DNA of 64,000 nucleotides, taken from the NCBI GenBank assembly GCA_951406725.2, contig OX597815.1, positions 116,932,001-116,996,000 of the forward strand, written 5' to 3'. Within the stretch, counting starts at the first letter, position 1. Each line of letters begins with the position of its first letter. The DNA comes from Octopus vulgaris. Taxonomy: Eukaryota. Positions 1-31,208 of this stretch are shown here, in pieces. A program made the position numbers and the translations under genes. The notes under the pieces were generated by a model. That model had not been told where the DNA came from and did no database searches. It was given only the letters and a program-made list of their open reading frames with translations.

Positions 1-946
1 TTGATGAAAATTGGTAAGTTATTGAATATTTTGAAGTTGTATTTCCACAAATAATATTATGATAATATGATACGAGTGATGTTAGTGAAATCTGTATAAA
101 TGAATTCTTAGAAGCAATGTTATTACATGTGTGAGACTTGTTTTCTCAAATTGCAATCAAAGCAGTACATCTTGGAAGTCAAATGGTCTTCAAATAAAAT
201 CAGTACTATCATGTGGATAGGTTTTATTCGTGAAGGTATTGTTCATTGAACTGATATTCAGAACCATTGCAAAAATTTGAGTCTTAAGAAAATCAAAGAA
301 CTTAAACCTACAAAAACAATCTCTTTTGTAATGGTACCATTTAATGTGTATCCAGTGTGTTACATCAAATTGACAGAATGACATCTAGCAATAAAAAAGA
401 TCTCTTGCTTGCGATACAAATTGTTTTGGACTTTGTGAACTTAGCAGGATCTCTACAAATATCCTTGTCATCTCTAATACAAATACCATAAAACATTACC
501 ATCACCTGGTTTCTTATTTGTCAAATTGGAGAGCAAGCCACTTCAGCTGTGTTGTGATTAGAAAGAGGAATCAATAGTTAAGAGCACCAAGTCACTCAAT
601 GGCAAGTTATGTTCTTTCTTTTTCATATACTTGAGGTAAGTGAATTTAGATGAAAATCATTGAAGATTTAAATCTATGAACAAACAACTCTGTATTGTCT
701 TTTTAATTGTCTATGCCAGCATCAAAATTAAGTGTTTGATTCTCAATGAGGAGAATATTAGTATGCTATTTACTTAAAGCACAAACATTATCTTGGTTAT
801 ATTGCAATTTTGAGTGTAAGCAATTAAAAATAGATTTAGTTTGTTAATATAGATAGACTAATCAATAAATAAACATACAAAAATTCAGACTGAGTGTTTG
901 TGTAAATGAATTGATGCAATACTGGGATAACCTAACAGCAAGACTA

Positions 947-2158
947 CCAGGTTGAGTCAAAGAGTTTTTTCAGATTTTCACTGATGATTTTGGCAACTTG
1001 TATTATCATATTATACCATTAATTTAATACAACTTGTTCAATCATTGCTGAATTGTTTATTCTTTATTTTTATATATAACATATAAACACTAATTACTTA
1101 TTCTTTATTTTACAGCTTTGATAATAAGTGGTGAAAAAATTGCAATTAGAGTCATTTTATGTTACCTGTGGAAAAAAAGGACTGAGTGCTAGGGCATCTA
1201 CAATAGAAATTAATGATGTGGAAGGCTCAGGAATTGTCAACAAACTTGTGGCACAAGACTGGCTCAGACATTTCTAGAAAGGTGACACCAGTCTTGAAGA
1301 CAAACCAAGGTCAGGGAGACTTTCTGTTGTGGAAGATGAGGGCTTGCTTGAAATGGTTGAACAACAGCCAAGCACAAGCACTTACACATTATTGGCAGAG
1401 CTTCACCCTTCCCAAAGCACCATCAATTGACACCTCCATTGGTTCAGCCTTGTGAACAGACACCGTCAAGATGCTCATGCAAACAACTGCTGGTAAATCC
1501 TTGAGATGCACATTTTTGGCTTTGAATTATAGATCAATTTTCTTTACCCAAATAAGAGAAATCAGTGGCCAGGCTTCTGAACCTGTTGTTAAACAAGGGT
1601 GGTTTGAACAAACCCACATTGTGTGTTTTGTTAAATATCAAGAGTGTGTTACACTTTGAACTTGTCTCAGATGGTTATGCTGTGAACGCCAGCCTTTACG
1701 CTCAACAACTGCAGCAAATATAGGAAGTTTTAAAAGCCCACCACCTAGCATTGGTCAATTGAAGATGTACACTCTTATGGCATGACAATGCTCAGGGACA
1801 CATTGCCAATGTAACCATGTGCAGACTTGAGAAGCTCGCAGAGATGGAAGTGCTGTCTCATCCTACAGTCCACACCCTGTACCATCAGATTACCACCATT
1901 TTCAAACCATGGTTCATTTCCTACACAAACAGAGGTTCAACAATGTGGATGAAGTTGAAAATGGACGCAGGAGGTTTTTGCCTCTAAACCAGCCAAATTG
2001 TATAAGCATGAAATTGATCTTCTAGCACAACGATGGCAACAGGGAATAAAATATGAGGGGTTATATTTTGATGAATAAATGCCTTATGTATGTATGTTAT
2101 TTATTTGAACTATAACAAAATCTTGAAATACAAAAAAAAAACTTTTGATTCAACCTGA
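947..2158 (+). mobile_element. Degenerate mariner DNA transposon with both ends
   Basis: TIRs CCAGGTTGAGTCAAA / TTTGATTCAACCTGA flanked by TA; transposase remnants HDNA (~1781) and YSP..PSDY (~1864) broken by stops and frameshifts. Confidence 0.85.
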
Positions 2159-3427
2159 TATCAAACACTACAGATCTCATATTTTCAGGCACCTCATTCT
2201 TAGTGCTTTGTTATTATAGTACTATTCTGTCATCAAACTTTATGACTACTGGGTGTTTAAGGCTGATGTAATACTAGATCCAATGCACTTTATATCAAAA
2301 GCTCACAAGCAAGGTTTCATCCAAATGTCCCCAAACACTGAGCAGAACTTTTGATGTTTTCATTAAATATTTTTTAAATCAAAGTTAGTGTGTATCATTC
2401 AAATTTTTCACACAGCTTATCAAATAGACATTTGTAAATTATAAAGAGCATCGTCAATGCAGCAATTGTGCTGCTGTGCACTCATGCAGCTATGCACTCA
2501 TACAGCTGTATACCTATGCATCTTAAAGGGAATGTTGGCTTGCAAGTTATCTTTTCTGATTAAGGGATTCTGCTCTTGTTCTATTACTATAGTTTGTATG
2601 CTGCTTTCATCTTCCATGGATAACAAGATGTTTGAAATAGGTCTAGTATTCAAGACCCAATACATTTTAAATTAAATAAATTAAAATAGTTGAAGTGAAT
2701 GGCAATGATAAATGGTTAGACTCTTTGTCAATTGCTGATTCATAAAATTGCCTTTCTATTTCTCTATTTTAATACACTAAATTCATCTTACAATGATTTC
2801 TTACATAGATACAAAGCCAACAAATTTGGAGGACACATTCAGTAATGCAGTACACAGTATGTCATTGTCATAACATCCAAATTTGTCACACAATAATTAA
2901 GTTTGTTTTTTTCATAATTAAGATTGATTGAACAAATCAGATTATTACTAATACATTATAGACAACACAATGTCAAGCAACTCCATTAAATCAATTCAGA
3001 AATTTAAGCAGATATGATATATTATTGTATACAATTTCCACTTTAACCTATGTGTTTTTGCAAAATATTTTTGCACAAATAGCAAGTTTAAATTAATATA
3101 GTCACAGTTTCAAAGTCAAATAAAAAAAAATTACTTAGTATTCAATTCGTGTACCAGAAAAGAATATCTAACATGTAAATCTTAGTTGTTTAAGTGACAA
3201 TGCTACATTTAGTGAATTCACATAATGTTGTTGCATTTAAGATTTGTGTTTTTAGGTCTGATACAAAACAATATGAGGATGCATGGAAGAGATGGATATG
3301 ACCATTCACATGTACCACGTAATTTACCTAATCTAAACTGTTATCTTCTTGGGTTTGTCTTTTTTAAATATCTCAAACACATCAGCAAACAGATAGATAT
3401 CAAGTTTTAAATAAATTAATAAATGGT

Positions 3428-3755
3428 AGGTGAAGGTATGTGACTCAGTGGTTAGGGTATTCGGCTCAAGATCATAGGTCATAAGTTCAATTCCCAGTTG
3501 TACATTGTGTCCTTGAGCAAGACTCCTTATTTTTTGTTGTTCCAGTCTACTCAGCTGGCAAAAATGAGTCATACCTGTAATTCAAATGGTCGGTTTTGTT
3601 ACATTCTGTGTCACATGGAATCACCCTGAGAACTATGTTAAGGGTACATACGTCTGTGGAGTGCTCAGCCACTCACACGCTGATTTCACAACCAGGCTGC
3701 TCCATTGATCAGATCAACTGGAACCCTCGTCATCATAACTGATGGAGTGACAGTT
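3428..3755 (+). mobile_element. tRNA-type SINE, family C
   Basis: A/B-box-like head, tgtgtccttgagcaagac centre; second copy at ~18968-19765 split by a MITE. Confidence 0.72.
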
Positions 3756-4499
3756 TAGTAGGACTCCTGAATTCACTTTTATTTTCATGCTTGTTGATCC
3801 ATTTGCATTGGTCCTTCAAATAGAAAAGATGGATCCATAAATAATTATACTTATATAATTACAATTATAAAATAGGTAAATCTTATAATTCAGTGCCCCT
3901 TTATGACATACTATTGGGTCAACACTAACTTAATCTGACCCTGTGTATATGTATGTGTGCATGTGTGCATCTATGAAGAAATATATTGTGTAAAGATGAT
4001 GATGATTAGATTCGGAAATCTTGGCATGCTAAATCAAAGTTTTGTTTGCAATTTAGTGCTTGTTATCTTAGTCTTCACAATCTCAAATTCAAAATCATTG
4101 ATTCCTCTTAGTATTATATTGCATGTTAGACTAAATATTAATTTATTAATTTCTTCTGCTTACTTAAATTCCAAACCTGTAGTCATGCATTAGTAATGAT
4201 TTCTTTTAGTAATATTGCAGATACCAAAACAGTTGATCACTGGTGCCTCATTGTTCTAAATTCAAATCCTGTTGGAATCATTGTCACTTTTCAGCTCTGC
4301 AGAAAGGGTTATACTTCTATTATGCACAAAATATTTTAACAGTTTTTTAAATATAAAATTCCTAATAATATTTATTTATAAAAGTATAATGAGTTTTTAA
4401 ACATCATATGGCTAGGAGGGTCCATCCAAGTAAAATAGAAATCAAAGGGGTCCATAGGTGAAAAATGGTTGAGAAATACTGTTGCAGAATGTTCCTAAA

Positions 4500-4727
4500 G
4501 GCAAACTGGCAGAAACGTTAGCACACCGGGCAAAATGCTTAGCGGTATTTCGTCTGCCGTTACATTCTGAGTTCAAATTCCGCCAAGGTCGACTTTGCCT
4601 TTCATCCTTTCGGGGTCGATAAATTAAGTACCAGTTACGTACCGGGGTCGATGTAATCGACTTAATCCCTTTGTCTGTCCTTGTTTGTCCCCTCTAGGTT
4701 TAGCCCCTTGTGGGCAATAAAGAAATA
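4500..4727 (+). mobile_element. tRNA-type SINE, family A, young copy
   Basis: Perfect 14-bp TSD agaatgttcctaaa (4486-4499, 4728-4741); B-box-like GAGTTCAAATTCC; many related copies in the window. Confidence 0.88.
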
Positions 4728-5091
4728 AGAATGTTCCTAAACAGGTGACATATTCTTTTCATGTCTAGCAATATGAAATGGCATGTCAAAACCAATATTG
4801 TAAAATTTTTGTATAATATTTTTTTGTTTATTTCAAATGTAACTTCTTATTTCTTTTGGCTGTGAGTAATATCGAGGCTCTGCTGTTTACTAATGATCTT
4901 TGACTTGAGCTTTTCTCTTTGCTCTTTCTTTATATCCCTTGTGTTTTACAGTATTTCATATTTATATTTATTGTAGGACATCAACAAATATTTCAAAGTG
5001 TTGAAAGCCTCGATCACATAAAATGTTCAATGTGTTTGAATATATTTAGAGAAGGGTCAACTTAGCCTTCAATTTTACCTTCCATTTTCAG

Positions 5092-22545
<17,454 letters not shown>

Positions 22546-22660
22546 GAGACAAATATTTTAGAAGCAGATTTTGGAAAATACTTTGTGCCATATTCCATAT
22601 GGTATAGAAAAACCATAAAATACAATTCATTGAATATTCAGCGCTTTTAACTGAATAACC

Positions 22661-22666
22661 AATAAA
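22661..22666 (+). promoter_or_regulatory. Candidate polyadenylation signal of hemicentin
   Basis: First AATAAA after the stop codon; others occur further downstream and the DNA is AT-rich, so use is unproven. Confidence 0.3.
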
Positions 22667-23152
22667 TTATATTACAGAAGTTTGCTGTGCAATATGCAGT
22701 AAGCTAATCAAAAAAGAAAAAGAATCCTTCCTAAGCTATCTGGCAATCAAATGAAAACTATGCACTAGTGTGTTGTGTTTGGCTTCATGTTTCGCTCTCT
22801 TCTACCGACTGTCATAAAATAATGCATTAACACCTTTTCATTACTGCCTATCATTTACACAAAAAAAAAGAAAAGAATGACAAAAAAAATTTAACAACAA
22901 TTGTAGTAAATTTTTTTTTTTAATCTGAGTTTGAAACCAGAACAAAAATATTAACAGAAATGGATTTCTCTCATCACCTCAATGATGGTGGATTTATTAT
23001 TTATGCACACAAAAATTTGGCCATAAACTTTTTTATATATATTTAGCATTACTTAGCTGGCTCTTAATGTTAATAAATTAAATAGAATACCTAATTTTGT
23101 ATTATGGTGATGGATTTATTATTTATGCACAAAATAAGTATTCAGCCAGTAA

Positions 23153-23198
<46 letters not shown>

Positions 23199-23989
23199 GA
23201 CACACACACACACACAGATATATTGAAAAAAAAATCAAGAAGAAAATGCATTAGAATCTTTATGATTAAAAATGCAAAATATTCATGCATCCAACCAAAG
23301 ATAATCGGTCAATTTTCTTCTCTATTTTCAATACAATTTTACACATGTAGATTTTCTGACTTTTTCATTATATATATATATTTATATATATATAGTACAT
23401 GCCATATCTTTTTAATTTACCTAGTTCTTCAACTATAATTCTCATGTATGTGTGCATGCATGAATAAATATGCATGAATGTTCATATTCCAAGCTTGTTA
23501 CCACTTAAGCAAAGGATGATAATAGTATTACATGCCTTCTTGATATCTAAAGCAGCCACACAGCACTTCCAAAGACTTGTAGCATTAAAAATCTATTGCT
23601 TGAAAAGCAGGAACAAGTTGGAAACAGAAAAAACATCCAACTGCCCAGTCTAACCAGGAAGAATTATCTGATTGTTTTCATATCCCCTCATTCTATGTCA
23701 TTTAACAAGGCTTAATTTCAGAATCATTTGTTTCTAGCCCACAACTTATCTTACAAGATCAACAAAGATGAGAGTGCTGAAACTATGAGAGAAGAGTAAA
23801 CTAAATGACTTCACAGAAACAGGACATGGGGAAGAATGTGTTCTTGTTATGATATATTATGTATTTCTATGTTGTAAGCTTAAATCTTGTCTTTTACATC
23901 TCAAAGGTTGATAAAGTAACTGAAGTCAATATAATGAATTGCACTTAACTTATTCAATAATTAACCTTTAATCCTCATGATTTTTACTT

Positions 23990-24520
23990 CTGCTTTTCCA
24001 TGACTGCATGGGTTAGACGGATCCAACACAGCATCTCAGCACTGGCTGAGTTCTTTTGACATCCTAAGATCTGCACTTACCTCTATTGTCCATGTTTTCC
24101 TGGTTCTTCCTCTTCCAGTTCCCTTCCATATGCATCTCCTGACATTCACTTGTCCAACTCTTGTCCTCTGTAGGCATATATGACTCTACCAAGACAGCAA
24201 CCTCTCTTTCGCACTAAATCTGATTCATTTTCTACCCACTTTTTCTCTCATCTGTGCCTCATCATTCATGCACACTAACACAACATAGCCAATGAAGTAT
24301 GTGTGCTTCAGTTCTTCTGCATTAAGTGCTTACATCCTATTATCATGTACACCACTGTCCATAAATAAGCATCATATCTTCTGCTTAAAGACTGGATCCT
24401 CTAGTCAGCAAATTAATTGCCTCATGAACTATTCCACCTTATTTTACTATACTTTAGAGCAGTCTTCTTCACTGACCAGATTACCTAGGTAACAGAAGCT
24501 GTCAACAACTAATTAGAATA
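23990..24520 (-). mobile_element. Old RTE LINE 3' part (probably continues to ~27900, interrupted by a SINE and the hAT)
   Basis: VVDSFCYLG on - strand at ~24480-24510, GRGRTRKTW-like at ~24090-24120, decayed tail. Confidence 0.6.
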
Positions 24521-24591
24521 CCAGTAAAATACATTTTTTTCCCCCAAATACTCAGAGAGCTCTAAGGACTTTCTGAATTGAAGTTACTATT

Positions 24592-24990
24592 TTTACTCTT
24601 TTACATGTTTCAGTCATTTGTCTGAGGCCATGCTGGAGCACCACCTTTAGTCAAGCAAATCGACCCCAGGACTTATTCTTTGTAAGCCTAGTACTTATTC
24701 TATCAGTCTCTTTTGTCGAACCACTAAGTTACAGGGATGTAAACACACCAGCATCGGTTGTCAAGTGATGTTGGGGGGACAAACACAGACACACAAACAT
24801 ATACACACATGCATACACATATGACAGGCTTCTTTCAGTTTCCGTCTACCAATCAAATCCACTCACAAGGCTTTGGTCAGCCTGAGGTTATAGTAGAAGA
24901 CACTTGCCCAAGGTGCCATGCAGTGGGACTGAACCCAGAACCATGTGGTTTGAAAGCAAGCTACTTACCACACAGCCACTCCTACGCCTA
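24592..24990 (-). mobile_element. SINE family B
   Basis: Reverse-complement match to 15098-15660 and 41330-41740. Confidence 0.78.
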
Positions 24991-25123
24991 TATATTTTGG
25001 ATGAATAGAACTTTTCTCATCTAAATTAATTCACAACTACTTTCACTGTGTCCATAATATGAAGCACACATGAGCAAGTAACAGAACTTTATCTACAATG
25101 TGCAGTAAGGCATCTGACTAAAA

Positions 25124-27597
25124 CATTGGTCTCAAACTCAAGGACACAAAAAAACCCTTGGGGGAAAAGTACAGTGCATGATTTCCACTGATAGGCTGAT
25201 ATTTACTTATTCAACAAAATGAATATGCAGTCATCAAAATCAATAGGCAAATTTATTCATCAAAATGAATATGCATATGATAGTAAGTGGGATATGTGAA
25301 TTAGTAGAAAATGTGAATTAAAATAATATTTTTTTTAAAAATTTGTTTACTGACTTATATGGAAAGTAAAATAGTCATAATCATCTTCATTTGATCCCAA
25401 CCAGTTTATCTTGAATATCATTTCTGGCAGCATTTTGCAACAATCATGGATTTTATGTTCAGCTTTAAATTGTGTAAATTAACCAGCCTCAACATGGATT
25501 GTAAATGTTCTTTGGTCTTGAGTGCAATGCTGATTTATTTATTTTCATTGTTGAGAAAAACTACTCACAATATGCATCCAAACATGGCCAGAATTTGCCA
25601 AGATGAGGCAAGCAATATGGGAAATATCTCACTTGGAAGGAAGTAGTAGAAATCAGAAACACCAACCTTTGCATATTTCTGCTTTCATATAGTATGGTAC
25701 TGAAATTACACCAACTCCATTAGAAATAGTATCAACATTCACAGTCAGTGGAGTAGGTAGCAAAAAGCATAATTACCTTTCTAATGATAAAAAGGCTTGA
25801 AAGTGTCAGTCAAAATCTGCATGTAGTTTTAAAATTATATTGGCATATTCTTTCAAGTAAGGTAACCTTTTTAAATGCAAGGCCATGAAGTGAACTAAGT
25901 TCCTGCTTGCAAACTCCTTTGCTCATATCAAAAGCTTACACTCAAAAGACTTCACACTGTTGTACATCATTGTTATAACCAGCTTTGAGCCCTGGAGTTT
26001 CAAGTTTAGAGCGTAAAAATGGTCATTCAGATCAGTGAGTAATGCAAGCTTTACAAAGATTAGATCACTTAACTTGAATGAATTTTTTCCTTTTATTACC
26101 AAAAAGCAATCCAATTTCTTTAAAAAAAAAATCTCTTGTAAACAGTTCCTCAACAGAGCCACCTTACTTTTGAATGAAACAAAAGCTCTCCATATTCACC
26201 ATCCATAGTCGTTAAAAAAAGACATGAACAGTTGGTGGCTAAGAGCTCTTGCCTGCAAGTACTTGGTTTTCACAACCACACCCATGTTTTCCATCTGCAG
26301 CCTTTTCTTACACTGTGACTCGTGGTGCAGATGGTAATTGATAGCTGAGATAAGCAAACCAAACCTGTTCAGCTTTTCTTTAAAAGGGCCTACAAAAACC
26401 CACCTTTCCAGAACACATTGCAGATGCACAATCTGTTGCCATTGACACAAATTTTATCCAATTCAATCCTGCACACTCAATGCTCTTTTTTAGTTCCCTA
26501 AATATATCTCACTCCAATACTATTCCCTTCTGTGGTAGTAAATCCAATATACATTTGTGAGTAGTTTTTCTCAGCAATGAAAATAAATAAATCAGCATTA
26601 CACTCAAGACCAATGAACATTTACAATCCATGTTAAAGCTGGTTAATTTACACAATTTGAAGCTGAACATAAAATCCATGGTTGTTGCATAAAGACTGCA
26701 GTAAGCTGTAAGCAAGTGCAATAAAAAATTTTCAAGAACTTCAGCAGCAGTAGCCAAATGCTGGTAATACAGCTGGCAACAATATTAGGAGATAGGCTAC
26801 TGATTTCAAACATTCTTCTTTTCTTCAGACAGAGTATTTCTCTAGCTTGTAAAAGACAGTCTTTAATAAAATTACCTTTGTCATGATTTTTCAATCATTT
26901 CCCTGAGAGCAAAACTTGCTCTTATAGCATTTTCACTTTTGTTCAAGTTGAAAAAAGAAAAAAAACTGTTGCCTCAAAAAAGGACTTCAACTGCTCTCTC
27001 CTTTCTTCTGTTGTTCCCAGTTAATGCATTATACAGATCACTGTATGTTGTTTCATAATGTCTCCTTATCTTATATTCTTTTTGTACAGCAATATTATGC
27101 AGATATATCAAATATTTAGCTCCGTTACAAAATACAAATATTCCCATTTTTCTTGAAAACTTCAGTTCTCCTTTTCTTTGATACTGACATTTAAAAAAAA
27201 AAATCTTAATCATATGGTTGACTAAAATACATCCTTCTTCAAAATTTCTGTTTATTTAACATTCCACTCTTGAACATTTTCTATGATTTTCTGTTTGTGT
27301 GTGTTAGTTGTCTGTCATTTCAATCACTCCTCCACCACAATACATCTTAATGTAATCATGTTTTTTTAAATGTATATGAAATTGGATACCTATTTCTACT
27401 TTTCAACTTGAAGTGAAGGTAACAGAAAATATTATGAAACATGGTCAGACACTGGTTAATCTTAAAATGATTATATGGAATGAGCAAGGAACAAAGTACT
27501 AAATTTTAGGAAAGTACTGGTTACAAAAATGGTTCTGCTGCAAGCCACTGAAAAGTAGTTTGTGGGTCATGCATGCCCCATGTTTTTGGGATCCCTG
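25124..27597 (-). mobile_element. Degenerate hAT (Buster/SPIN, GTF2IRD2-like) transposon
   Basis: Imperfect TIRs CATTGGTCTCAAAC / TTTTGGGATCCCTG; 8-bp TSD gactaaaa / gactagaa with central TA; transposase remnants KEYKIRRHYET, GNFIKDCL, LALLTDLNDHFYALNLKLQG. Confidence 0.85.
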
Positions 27598-29769
27598 GAC
27601 TAGAACCTTGTTTATTTCAATATCTTATATAGTCAAACACATGTGGATTAGTGCATTGAGAACCAGTTTCTTATCTGTTAAAGATTCACTCATTGAGCTT
27701 ACAATATTGAGTTCCAGTTTAATATCTTCCATACACTACTGGATTTTAGCATGTCTGATCTTTAGGCCTTTGACCAAGCCACTTTCCTAGCTCACAAAAC
27801 AAACTTTTTTTTTCTGCAGCATTTTCTATGTACTGCAATGTTTACTAATGCAGCAATGATTCCAAAGATTGCTCTGATTCTAACATAGAATAAGTTTAGT
27901 CAGCTCTAAAGAAATCCTAACTACTTCCTACTTTGACAAATCAAGATTTAGACAACTGGTTTAGAATGTTTGAATGTTCAATTTATTCTATGCTGGTGTG
28001 TATATATGTGAGTCTGAGAGTGTTGATGTAAAATGCCTCAGTAAAATATGTGCCATGACTAAATGCTAAACAGCAATTCTCAGTTAACAAGACTTGGTGG
28101 TTGTTGATGTTTAGCTCCCAGTCAATCCTAAATGACCTATAGTCAAAGGTATTGAAACGGCCTTTTTTCCAGGAATTAGCAATTAAAGACCGTATCATCT
28201 AAAGTCTCTTCCTTTTTATTCCTTTAGATAGTAGGGTGTGATTTGTTGGTTTGGCTACTATTTTTAGCAGATTGAATGACCAAGCAAAAACTCTGACAAA
28301 GGCCCATACATTTATGTGGTTGAAGTTTGTCGTATGTAAACGTGACCAAAGAATATGTCCCCAAAAAAGATCGCCAAAATCGTTTTTTATTCAAGGGATC
28401 ATCCCAAATTAACCCAAAATTTTGACTGGATTGATGCGAAATGAAAATCGATCTTGCGAAAAAGGTATGGATGGGAGACAACTCATGACAAACCGCAATA
28501 ACATATCTTTTCACAAACCACAAAACTTCAGAAGGCCGCTCACTACTCAACTGATTTCTTAAAGCGTTTAAGAAAAATTGTTTATATACACGTTTACAGG
28601 AATAGTTATAACTGACAATCCTTAGTTGCTTTCAGCTGAGTAAGTCAAAGCAATAATACTCCTCAAAAACTAAAGATACTCACAATCCAGATAAGGTAAC
28701 TGGGTCAATCATTGATTCTACTTCGTTTAAGAGGTTAACAATAATCATTATTTAACGTCCGTTTTCCATGCTGCTATGAGTTGTACGGTTTGACAGGAGT
28801 AGGAAAATCAAAGGGCTGCACCAGACTCCAGTCGTCTGTTCTGGCATGGCTTCTTCGGTTGGATGCCTTTCCTAACGCCAACCACTTTACAGGTTGTACT
28901 GGGTGCTTTTTATATGGCACCAGCATAGAGCTTTTTACATGGTGCTGTCTATAATAAAGTTTCAAACCATAGATATCATTCAGAGAAAAACTGATTAAAT
29001 TTTTTAATATTTCAGTCATTTCCTTACCCGCCTTGCACCTGAATTTGTTAAAATATTGGATTACATATTTTACATGAAAAGTCTTAAGGCTATATGTAAT
29101 ATCTATTTATGTTCTAGTTTTGGCACAAAGCCAGTAATTTTTTTTGAAAGGAAGAAAAAATTAATAACCCCAATACCTATTATCATCATTGTTTAACATC
29201 CATCTTCCATACTAGCGTGGATAAGACGGTTCCGCAAGAGCCAGCCAGGCTGAAACCTGCACCAGACTTCTGTGACTGTTTTGGCAAGATTTTTACAGCT
29301 GGATGTCCTTCCTAATACCAACCACTCAGTAGAGTAGACTTAGTGCTTTTTACGTGGTACAAGCACAGGCAAGGTTTTTACAGCTGGATGCTCTTCTGAA
29401 CACCAACCACTTTACTGTGTGGACTGGGTACTTTTAAGTGGTACCTGCACTGACAGGGTCACCAAATACTTGCAAAACAACAAAAAAAAACCTTTTAAGA
29501 GGGGAGGAGGCATTGGAGGAGGTAATGATGAAAATGTTATAGTGGGACAGATACAGGAAGTACAAGGTCAACCGGCTGGAGAATGAAGAATGAAGACAGA
29601 AAGAGGTGTGATTAAAGAGTGCAAGTAAGTGGTGAAAGACCTGAGTTGGAGGGGCTACTGGATAGCAATGATACAGAGGAAAGGGGTGTGAGGACAGAAT
29701 TGGGAAATGAGAGCTAAGCATAGTGTATGAAGGAGGAAATATGAGAAAGAGATGTAGATTGGTTTGTTG

Positions 29770-30075
29770 GGTACCTAAATGGTACTCATTTTATCAACTC
29801 CAAAAGGATGCAAGGCAAAATCAAATTTGGTAGAATTTGAACTCTGAACAGGAAAAAATGCCACTAAGCATTTTGTCAGATGTGTTAACAATTCTGCTAG
29901 CTTGCCACCTTAATAATAATAATCCTTCAATAATTATAGGTGCAAAGCCTGAAATTGAGACGGGGGTGGGGGAATAGTTAATTACCTCAACCCAAGTGTT
30001 CAACTGGTACTTATTTTATCAACCCATGAAAGGATGAAAGGCAAAGTCGACCCCAGCAGAATCTGGACTCAGAAT
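29770..30075 (-). mobile_element. Two adjacent SINE family A fragments
   Basis: Reverse-complement similarity to family A. Confidence 0.6.
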
Positions 30076-30928
30076 GTACAGCTTCAAGAGCTGCAATTAT
30101 TAAAATACATAACAATAACCATTCATATAGCATAGGCTAGTGACTGTAGTGTTTGTCCCAAGATAACATCTCATATGGATTTGTTCAATTAAAAATACAG
30201 CAAATATCAGAGAGAGAGAGGAAAATTCATCTTAGCAGCAGCTAGCAAAAGTTCCAGATGCATTTCAGCCTTATCAATGGTGTGTACTTGCAACAGCCAT
30301 ATTCTTGAAAAAAATTTGTTGTTTTGATATAAGAAAGTGTAAATGGATGATGAATTGTCATTCAAGTACATGCCATCAAAAACACTAAAATGCATCTGGT
30401 GTTCTCACTGGCCACTGCTGGGACAAATTGTTGTTTCTCTGATATTTATTGTATTTTTAACACAGAAAATCCATAAGAGATGTTATCTCAGGACAAATAC
30501 TGCAGTAACTAGCCTATCAACAATGTATATACATTAAGTATGATACATAGATTGCTATTTTAATAACATACTGCCTCAACTGTATCTACTGAAAATAACA
30601 ATGAGTTTTGAAATTATAAAAAACAAATATTAAATATTTTAAAAATCTCCTTTAAAATAAAATAAATAATGGAAGTACAATGCAATGAAAAATAATTTAC
30701 AAAATTTCATTTCAATGGTATATTTTTTTAAAAAATAATATCTTACAACAAACTCTTTAATTCATAGAAAATCTTGCTTCTTTTCTCTGTATGTGTATGT
30801 GTGTGTGTATGTTGGTGTATGAATGAGAAAGGGATAGGGAGAGAGTGGTGAAGAAATTAAGATTGAATTTCTTGAAATTTACTTTCTAAATACAGATCTC
30901 AAAAATATATACTTTTAATTTAAGATAT

Positions 30929-31208
30929 TCATGTATTAAGAGACTTTAAAAAGGTATCTAAGTTGTACTCCGATTCATACTGTTTTTCATCCCACAAGTC
31001 TCCAAGACTGTCTAATATGGAACGAATACTTTCTTGCTGGTTAGCATGCTTCCTATTTTTTAAGTCTTTAGAATTAACTTTGTCAGAGTCTCTTTGATTG
31101 ACATCCAAAATAAATAAATCTAAGAGTTGATCTGTGCCCATTGTTCGCAATGTTGAATTGTCCTGGCTGATCACTGTGTTAGCTATTGTCATCTTGAACT
31201 TCTGCAAT
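30929..31208 (-). CDS. BTAF1: BTAF1 terminal coding exon
   Basis: ttacag acceptor; [17 protein letters not shown]...GTDQLLDLF...[22 protein letters not shown]. Confidence 0.96.

Noticed and set aside
1-19. Perfect donor-like G|GTAAGT at 13/14
   Set aside because: Only 13 nt of possible exon are visible and they show no EGF signature; cannot be supported
3428-3500. tRNA-like sequences with A/B boxes at SINE heads
   Set aside because: No complete cloverleaf; they continue into SINE bodies and are dispersed diverged copies
4290-4481. hAT-like right end (ggttgagaaatactg)
   Set aside because: No matching left TIR or TSD found, so boundaries cannot be given
28224-28550. 108-aa - strand ORF in a CpG-richer patch between the genes
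   Set aside because: No recognisable domain, non-ATG start, overlaps repeat-like sequence; more likely a transposon remnant
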